NCBI GenBank assembly: GCA_964016885.1
Contig: OZ024740.1
Location: 176,886,001 to 176,950,000, forward strand
Length of the DNA stretch: 64,000 nucleotides
Direction of reading: 5' to 3'
Origin: Eledone cirrhosa
Lineage: Eukaryota
Position 1 is the stretch's first letter; each line of letters starts with the position of its first letter. Shown piece after piece: positions 54,880-64,000 of this stretch. The notes below the pieces were generated by a model, which saw only the letters and a list, made by a program, of their open reading frames with translations, was not told the origin of the DNA and did no database searches. The position numbers were made by a program, and so were the translations under genes.

Positions 54880-55275
54880 AAATAAGTGCTGTCCTCTCCG
54901 CCAGCGCGAGTCAGAGGGTCCAGCACGATTTGCGAGCCCGAAGACACTGAGGGGGCGTGTGGAGTGGCCGGTGGTTTCAAAAAGGTCAGAAGAACGGAGT
55001 CGGGTTACCGACCCAGATACCCCGAAGGTGTTCAGCAAGTTTGTCAGCGAGACGACGGCCAAGGTAGGTAGCTCCGCACAGAGTACAACCAAGCCCATAG
55101 ACAAGGCTGGTGGAGGTTCAGCGAATGAGTCCTTAACCCGGAAGGACCGGTCATTGGAACAGAAAAGGGTAGTTGTGTGGGAGATAAAGGTCATGTATGG
55201 CAGGGTAGTCGAGAACAGGGGTGGGATCCAGGAGATGTGTTGGGTGGATTAAAGGCTCTGCGGACGAGAAGGTTC
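54880..55275 (-). pseudogene. GIY-YIG-coding 3' fragment of another PLE
   Basis: Manual minus-strand translation LGRRLADKLAEHLRGIWVGNPTP, then FETTGHS. Confidence 0.6.
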
Positions 55276-55289
55276 CCAATATATATATG

Positions 55290-56600
55290 TCATCAATTTA
55301 TATTCCAATATCCCACACAACCTAGGTATAGAGGCAATACAATTCTGGCTTGAACATTTCCCTAGTGAACTTCCACAGCGCATCCCTTGGAGGGACTTAA
55401 ATTCATCTTGGAAAACAATTTCTTCGAATTCAATGCCAAATACTACAGACAGAAATCTGCGACTGGTATGGGCACGAAAGTAGCCCCCTCATACGCCAAC
55501 CTTGTCATGGGATATTTGGAAACCATTCTCTACCGCAAAGTTCTAGACAAATGTGGCAACCACTTCTACCAATACATAGAAAAGAACTGGAAGAGATATC
55601 TGGACGACTGCTTCATCCTCTGGCATGAAAGTATAGATATACTGATTGAGTTTAAAACCCTTCTGAATGGACTCAACACAAACTTACAATTCACAATGGA
55701 TTACAGCCATGAACAACTCCCTTTCCTCGACATCCGCATCAAGAAAACAAACAACAAAATAGAAACAGACATATACTCCAAACCCAGAGACTCCAAACAA
55801 TACATTCCATTCAATTCGTGCCACCCTAGACACACCAAAAATGGCAATTCCTTATAACCTATCCAGAAGGATCTGCACAATAGTTTCAGATAAATACACA
55901 TGCTACACACGACCAGAAGAATTAAAAAACACACTTATCAGCAGAAACTACCCACCATCCCTAATCAACAATGGATTCCAACGTGCCCTAAAACTCGACA
56001 TCCAGGAACTCAGACACCCCAAACCCTGGAATGAACCGCAACTGAAAACTCTACCATACATCTCCACACACAACCCCCTCAACAATGAGGCATTCAACAC
56101 CATCCTCCAGAACATTCCTTTACTAAAAAGAGACCCAAGAATGAACAAAATCCTCCAAACACACAACATCATAAAGAGCAAAAGACAACCTAAATCCATA
56201 AAAAACATCCTCACACAAGGCAAAATACAACAAACCCTCACAATGATCCCTACAGTAACAAAATGCGGAAGGCCCAACTGTGGCATATGCATAAATCTAA
56301 TAGCAGGTTCAACATTCCATTTTAAACAAGGACAACATTTCACAGTTAAACACAACTTTACATGTGCATCTGAAAACCTAATCTATGTTTTGACCTGCTC
56401 AGGTTGTCAAGAGCACTACATAGGACAGACAAAAAACAGCCTCCGACAACGTATGTTCATAAATCACAAATCAAAATGCAGGAATACAGAAAGATTGCGT
56501 TTAGTGAACATATCGCCAATTGTGCACCCAACCAACATCCAAACTTTAAAATTTTCCCCATTTACAAATTCATAGACAACGTTACTTTCATCCATCGTAC
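55290..56600 (+). pseudogene. Degraded PLE (RT + GIY-YIG)
   Basis: MGTKVAPSYANLVMG, WKRYLDD, PFLD, CGRPNCGIC, LIYVLTC..HYIGQT. Confidence 0.9.
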
Positions 56601-57427
56601 CACTCTAAAACTCTCTAAAAAGGGAAATCATATGAAACCCCAGTCCACCATTTGCCTCCATCATGGATCAACTAAGCACTCTTGCTATATTAACACATTT
56701 TGATCTGCTTATCTTCAAGAACTATGCCTGTAAATAACATTATTTGTTCTTTCACATTGCCTTATTATGCTCCACATTACGCCCCTCTTTTTCTTTTTTC
56801 TTTTCACTTCATAAACCTTGTTTGTAAATAACATTATTCTTTCTGCACCATTTCTTTAACATGTCCAACACCACCATTCTACACCAATACATATTATTAT
56901 CATTTGATAATGCATAAAAATGCTGAAACAGGTAATAGACAATTATTAAATATATAAATAAATAAATGCCATTGTTAATTAATAAATAAATCAACTGGTA
57001 CCTTGACACTTCACACAAAGTAAAATATTTCGTTTTAATCATTTTCTAACCCAGAAAAAAGAAAGAGAAAAATAAAAAGGGAAAAAATTTTTTTTTTCTT
57101 CCTAATAATCGTCTTTTTCTCCCTGTTTTCATATATATACACACATATATATATATACACATATATATTATATACATATATATATACATACATACATATC
57201 CATCCCTCACTCTCAAGCGTGAACATAATACCAACACTGTTTGTACTGCACTCTTCGTTATTGTTTTTGTTTTTTGTTTTTTACTTCTATATATAAATAT
57301 ATATATATATATATGATTCCAGTTCCTCGAAGGAGTAACAACATACCCAGGAGCTGGACATATCGATGTACTGACAGAGTGAAACACTTCAACAACATGT
57401 GTACCTGTCTTTTCCACAGCAATTCGG

Positions 57428-57482
57428 ACTGCCTGAAGAGGTCACAGCCAATAATGGCTGTCACCGAAATATATATAGCAGT
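57428..57482 (+). ncRNA. Type I HHR in a solo terminal-repeat fragment
   Basis: actgc-CTGAAGA-ggtcacagcca ataa tggctgtcacc-GAAA-tatata-TA-gcagt. Confidence 0.85.
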
Positions 57483-59016
57483 AAATCTATAATTTATAAT
57501 AAACGAAGCCAAATTTTACATATGTGACTTACTTATTTTATTTTATATATATATATATATGTGAGATGTGAGTAAAACCACATACCCCCCATCTCAACTC
57601 TACTTTTGAAAAGCAGAAGAACTGCGAAACCGGTAAAGGAACCAAATAAATATATATATATTTAAAAAAAAAGACTCCAGTTGCATTTTCGATTTCATCT
57701 TTTTTCCTTATACTTTCACTCCTGTAGGACACCTCGGTTATTTTTCATTTTGTAAAAAAAACCTTACTTATATATATATATTAAACTTAAGCCAAAATCT
57801 CGATCTGTGGGGATATAAACTAGACCGACTAAAATAAGTCAGTTTTACTCATATAGTTCCCAACCATGGTTTTTGGAATAAAGTAACAATATTAATTATT
57901 TCAAAACATTGGAACAACCAATATTGGAAGAATTATTCTGTCTTTTAGGATAGAAGGTTTGGAACAAGAACAGATATTGAATATAAACTATACAGACCAT
58001 GTCGTTGCAGAAACTACACAGTGCTTAAGCTACTAAATGAACATATCTCTATATATTAGAATAGTGACGCTAGAAATAACAGCAAAAAACCTCTACATCT
58101 ACTCTACAATGAAGGAGTAGCTAATTTCTATTAAAATCTTATTTCTCTCTAATAATTAGACATCTCAATGAAAAGATAAAATATTCAGATAAATCATCAA
58201 ACTTTATATTCTATATCTCCCGTTGTTCTAAGAATTCTCCTAAAGACCGAATTAAATTCTTCTTATATTGGTTGTGACATGGTTAAAGAGACTTTATATC
58301 CTTATGCTTTTATAGAATAGGGTGGATTTCTTCATTTATCAAATAGTACTAATTTCTGAGTCTGTGATAGAGAAAATGTTTTGTGCAAAATTAAGAATGT
58401 CTAGGAGAAGAGATTCAAAGATGGAAGGATTATAGTATTTGTTGATAGTTTGAGTTGATTCTTTCACGGTAAACATCTCAAGCTGTTGATGACGGAATTC
58501 ATGTTGTTTTGAGGAACAAGTGGGAAAATACTTTTATTGTAGAAATGATTTTGTCTGGCATGTATATCTTTATTTATTCTTCCATTATCAAATTGGTAGT
58601 GTTAATAAGACTCGTACATTGAAGTGGTTTACAATATGAATTATATGGCCCTATATGCATATATATGCACGTTGCTCAGTAATTTTCTTGATTACTGGAG
58701 CTTGCGCGATTATCAGTATTTGATACTATAACAGAGTGTATACATTTGTTATAAATAAAGAAGTTTCATTTTAAAATGGCTTTATTACATATCAAACATT
58801 ACATTTGTTTCACAGATGATAGACACAAGGTCTTTGTCGATGTGATATACCTGACTCCAATATCGATCTGCTCATCAAAGACGACACTTCGGATATTTGA
58901 GTCAGGTCTATCACATACATTAAGACCTCGTGTCTATAATCCGTGTAACATGTGTAACACTCGATATGTAATAAAAAACATTTTAAAGTAAAACGTCGTT
59001 ATAACAAATATATATA

Positions 59017-59052
<36 letters not shown>

Positions 59053-59437
59053 CGCACATACATACATATATGTGTATGTGTGTGTGTGTGAGTGTGTGTG
59101 TGTCTGTGTGTGCGTCTGTCTGTGAATTAATGTAACAAGTAAATAGTATTTGATAAAATACATTAGTTTTACATGAAGACTTTACAAATGAACAGAGAAT
59201 AATTACACGCTTCATATAAAAACGTCAAACACGACATTGTATAGACAAGTACGAACACCCCAGCCCTTGCATAAATGGAGCCATATAGCATTATGGCATA
59301 TGCATGCATAACTTCATACATAGACACATTTACAAAATGAATATATATATGTATATATATATATATGTGTATGTGTGTGTGTGTGTGTGTGTGAGTGTGT
59401 GCTTGTATGTATGTTTGTGTGTGCATTGTTTGTATGT

Positions 59438-59472
<35 letters not shown>

Positions 59473-59976
59473 CATGCAAACATGCTTGCATACATACATA
59501 CATACATACTTACATATATACATACATACATACATTCATACATACATACATATATATACATACATACAAGAGTGAAACACCCCCATATCTATATCCACAT
59601 ACAGAACAATTAGAGCATGGTAAATAGATGTATATAGACACACTCCGAGGATATATATTTTCTATTTACTCTTCAGTTTCTTAACTATATTTTATGTCCC
59701 TAATTAGAATCGGTGCTGCTGCTGTTGTTGCTGCTGCTCTGCTGCTGCTGCTGCTGCTCTGCTGCTGCTGCTGCTGCTGCTGCTGTAGCTTTTAGTGAAG
59801 TACTTTTATGGCTTCTATAGAAAAAGAAAAGACATATCACGTTTTATTATCGCTAATGATTGAAATGATGATGTTAATGATCTTGCCTTTGTGTATATTT
59901 GTATATATATAATACAGTAATGGTTGCATTTTTTAAGGGTATGTCAATATTTATTTATAAAACTGCTCTATATTAT

Positions 59977-60039
59977 ATTTTATCTGATGAAAGCACACCA
60001 TAATTTAACTTGGTGTATTTGAAATATGTATAATGAAAT
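59977..60039 (+). ncRNA. Type I HHR (sister of 26278-26340)
   Basis: attttat-CTGATGA-aagcacacca...tggtgtattt-GAAA-tatgta-TA-atgaaat. Confidence 0.75.
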
Positions 60040-60571
60040 AAATATGGTTTTATAAATATAGTTTCCATTTGTTAATATCGTATTTTTACTCTAAATATTT
60101 GTTGAGTGCTTTATATCAGTTATAAAAATATTTGCTTGTTGTATCCCAACAATTTAAATAGAACTTTTACATATATATATATATGTATATATATTGTCGG
60201 GTCACTCTTGAGTGCTACTGGTAACATGTAACTCAATACAACCTGTCGCATGGTTGGGTCGTCGGCGACTAAACCGGCAACCCCACCAAGATTACTTGGT
60301 GAGGAGGGTGATTTTGGACACCCTGCAGGATAAAAAACAAAACCTGTCAAAGGGCGGAAGAACTCATAAGAGCCAACGGCCATCCGAAATTGTGTAAATA
60401 TGTATGTACATATGTATGTATATGTGTTAATACATGGGTGCATGTGTATGTATATGCGCGAGGACATAGAAATAGTCGGGCTGGACACCCGATCGCGTGG
60501 TTAAACCACTGGGAGTGAAGGACCCCTAGCCTTTGTCAGGGCATTCTTCTAGGAGAAGGCAACTCCACTTA

Positions 60572-60713
<142 letters not shown>

Positions 60714-60884
60714 ATGCTCCGAAATCATTAGACGTGTCCCCGTCGAACCTGCAGATCCACACAATGATGGTGTCTCGAGCTGTCTGCCGGCGAAACAATT
60801 GTAACACACAATAAATTGAGTTCAGATGCATCACTGATTTTTCGTGTTTTCTATTCTCTCTCTCTCTCTATATATATATATAAT

Positions 60885-60915
<31 letters not shown>

Positions 60916-61161
60916 ACGTATATATATATAAGCACTGATATAGACAGATGAACCCACACAAATATACACGTACATATGTAAAAGAACACATCGACATATG
61001 TGTTTGTCTATGGTGGTTAATAATAGATAACTAAAGATTCATATGAATATAAATTTATGCACATATACATACACACACACACAGATATATAAATATATAT
61101 ATAAATATATATATATATATATGTGTACATATATATATATATATATATGTATATTTATATT

Positions 61162-61201
<40 letters not shown>

Positions 61202-61206
61202 CACAC

Positions 61207-61237
<31 letters not shown>

Positions 61238-61272
61238 AATATATATATGTACATATATATATTTATATACAT

Positions 61273-61320
<48 letters not shown>

Positions 61321-61334
61321 ATATTTATATTTTA

Positions 61335-61397
<63 letters not shown>

Positions 61398-61496
61398 GTA
61401 TATATATATGTATATATGTATTTAAATATATATATACATAAATATAAATGTGTATATATATATTTAAATATATATATATATATATGTGCGCGCGCG

Positions 61497-61535
<39 letters not shown>

Positions 61536-62454
61536 GTTCGTATGTGTGCCTATATGTATTCTCAAATGAAATTGAATGTAATCAAACACGACAGGTGCAA
61601 GGAGCTTGTGTCAACTGAACTGTTTACCTCCGATAATAATGCTCTTTATTCGGCACTCACCTTCTCTCAATAGCCACACATTGTTGTTTTACAGGTGCGG
61701 TATACTAAGACACACGGCAAAAAAAGAAAACAGAAAAAAAAAAATATATATATATATGGACGCTCACTTACTCAATCTCTCCTTTACTCTCTCTTTCTCT
61801 ATGCCTTTTTCTCTTTCTTTTCTCTATCGTCTCTTATTTTCTCTGTTACAGCGCCTGCCCAGCGATCTGATGGCCTGGCCCGTTGCCTCTCTCTTATCTA
61901 ATCATATTTTATCATCTAAGGAATTAAATAATCTTGAGGTATACATCGGTATATATGTATGCATGTATGTATGTATGTATCTATCTATGTATGTACGTGC
62001 GTACGTATGTATGTATGTATGTATGTATGTATGTATGTATGTATGTATGTATGTATGTATGTACGCAGGTATGTATGCATGTATGTATGTATGTATGTAT
62101 ATACATCTGCATATAGAAACTGACATACACACATACACACAAGTATGTATATATATATATATATATATACATATGTGTGTGTGTGTGTGTGTGTGTATAT
62201 CTATATGTATATATATATGCATACACACAGACACATATACCCCCCACACACATATATATATGCACACATTTTTTATTATGACGCTGATTTCACTCATTGG
62301 GTTGCAGTTATGTTAGGGAACCGCCTTCAAGTGTTTATTCTATCACACCAACTCCAGTACTTATTTCAGTCTCAATACTTATTTCATCGCTAAGTTGCGG
62401 CATTCAAATTAAACAGCACTGGTTTATAGAACGGTATAATTACAGACTTCAACC

Positions 62455-62677
62455 CCCCCACACACACACACACAAACACACAAACACAAACACACAGGCG
62501 CGCCCCCCCCCTCCCACACACACACAAAAAACACACACACAAAAAAAACACACACACACACACAAACACACAGGCACCCACACAGAATCACACAGGCACA
62601 CACATACACACTCGCGCGCACACACACACACACTCTCAAACTCAATCATCCATAACAAAAATAAAAATCCACACACA

Positions 62678-62732
<55 letters not shown>

Positions 62733-62822
62733 AGTCACCCACACAGAAGCACACACATACACACTCGCGTGTACACACACACACACTCTCAAACTCAATC
62801 ATCCATACCAAATATAAAAATC

Positions 62823-62853
<31 letters not shown>

Positions 62854-63050
62854 ACGCACACACACACACACACACATACGGACACACACAAACACACATG
62901 CACCCCCCCCCCCACACAAACACACACACAAACACACAGGCAACCACACAGAAGCACACAGGCACACACATAAACAGTCGCGCAAGCACACACACACACT
63001 CTCAAACTCAATTATACATACCAAAAATAAAAATCTACAGACACACACAC
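62455..63050. repeat. CA-rich compound tandem repeat
   Basis: cactctcaaactcaat at about 62631, 62784 and 62997 amid (CA)n. Confidence 0.8.
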
Positions 63051-63099
63051 ATATCTTCTTTTTGGTCATTGATCTTATTTAACTGGAAAGTTTGTTCAA

Positions 63100-63800
63100 A
63101 CCGCTATCTGCAGCCTCAGATATTCAGGACGTATCGGAGGGCTCTTGCTGTTCTCAGCAAGTATGCCCTTTGAAGTTTTCCCCAAAAGGGCGCTAGACTA
63201 CTGTTCTTTAATCATTCTTGAAAACTCTTCGAGATAGTATCTAGTGCTTCTATCAGGCATGATCTATTTTCCTTGTCCAAAACCACCAGGTCAGGCCTAT
63301 TGTGTTCTAATTTCTTGTCTGTCTGTATCCTAAAATCCTGTAGCACCTTCACTCGATTGTTTTCTATCACCGTCTCTGGCTTATGCTCATACCACTTCTC
63401 AGAATGTGGTAAATTATTTAGTTTGCATCAATGGCAGTGAATCACCTTTTCTATTATATCATGCTTCCAACCTTTATAGTGAGTCTGGGTTAGATGTTTA
63501 CACTCGTATATAATGTGAACCACAGTCTCCTCTCCCCACAGATCCTACAGAGTGGACTAGCCTCCTCCTTGTCAATATTGTGCTTCACCCACTTCGTTCT
63601 GAGGGCTTACTCTTGTGCAGCCATTAACATTCCTTCTGTAGCTTTTTTAAGGTCTCTACTTTTTAACTAACTCCATGTCTGTGGATCTCTGAATTCCTTT
63701 TTCTTTAAAAAAAAAAGGTGCTACGAAGGGATTTTTCATGAAGGTTGCTCTTCCTCTTTGTTGTTACTTCCTCCTACAAGGAGGCATTCGGTATGGTTCC
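63100..63800 (-). pseudogene. Degraded R4-like (RLE) non-LTR retrotransposon, C-terminal region
   Basis: Manual translation: TEGMLMAAQE*ALRT, EETVVHIIYEC, KWYEHKPETVIEN, DFRIQTDKKLEHNRPDLVVLDK. Confidence 0.75.
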
Positions 63801-63899
63801 TCATTCTTGGATAACCAAGTGTTTGGAAATCTTTAAGGTGGCGGACAACATCACACTGCTATTAAGTAATAACTTAAGGACCTGAGAGACAGAGATAAC

Positions 63900-64000
63900 A
63901 TCAGATGAGGAATCCTTGGTAGGAGTGGAAATCAAGAGAGGTATCTTCGAAAGAGATAGTCTCCCCCCGTTATTATCTGTACTTACTCTCGTACAGTTTT
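63900..64000 (+). pseudogene. RT motif fragment in opposite orientation to the adjacent R4-like remnant
   Basis: VEIKRGIFERDSLPPLL resembles the IKRGIFQGDSLSPLL motif. Confidence 0.55.

Noticed and set aside
59712-59790. (CTG)n tract as a coding polyQ or polyA exon
   Set aside because: No supporting ORF or splice context.

Overview
Repeat-dominated eukaryotic DNA with no supportable host gene. It is probably from an octopod cephalopod, inferred from a tRNA-derived SINE resembling the Octopus family and very dense (AT)n/(GT)n tracts. It contains Tx1/L1, CRE-like and R4-like LINE remnants, a full-length two-ORF CR1-group LINE plus a degraded sister copy, two non-autonomous Helitrons, and four Penelope-like elements (PLEs; RT + GIY-YIG). 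The main signal is non-coding: about 30 type I hammerhead ribozyme (HHR) motifs from about 10 repeat families, read by eye. The centrepiece is a 6.7 kb array (17524-24181) of a 466-bp unit carrying one minimal HHR and an ATGCAAAT octamer. The array is folded into two divergent arms (6 + 8 HHRs) between (AT)n tracts, and a diverged sister family occurs at 4060-4930 and 15312-16533. Most HHR elements share one geometry: inverted arms with the ribozyme sense strand pointing outward, inserted in (AT)n, with reproducible staggered ends like the PLEs here. This suggests a retrozyme-like circular-RNA retroelement system mobilised by PLE enzymes (inference). Coordinates were counted manually, so element boundaries are approximate.
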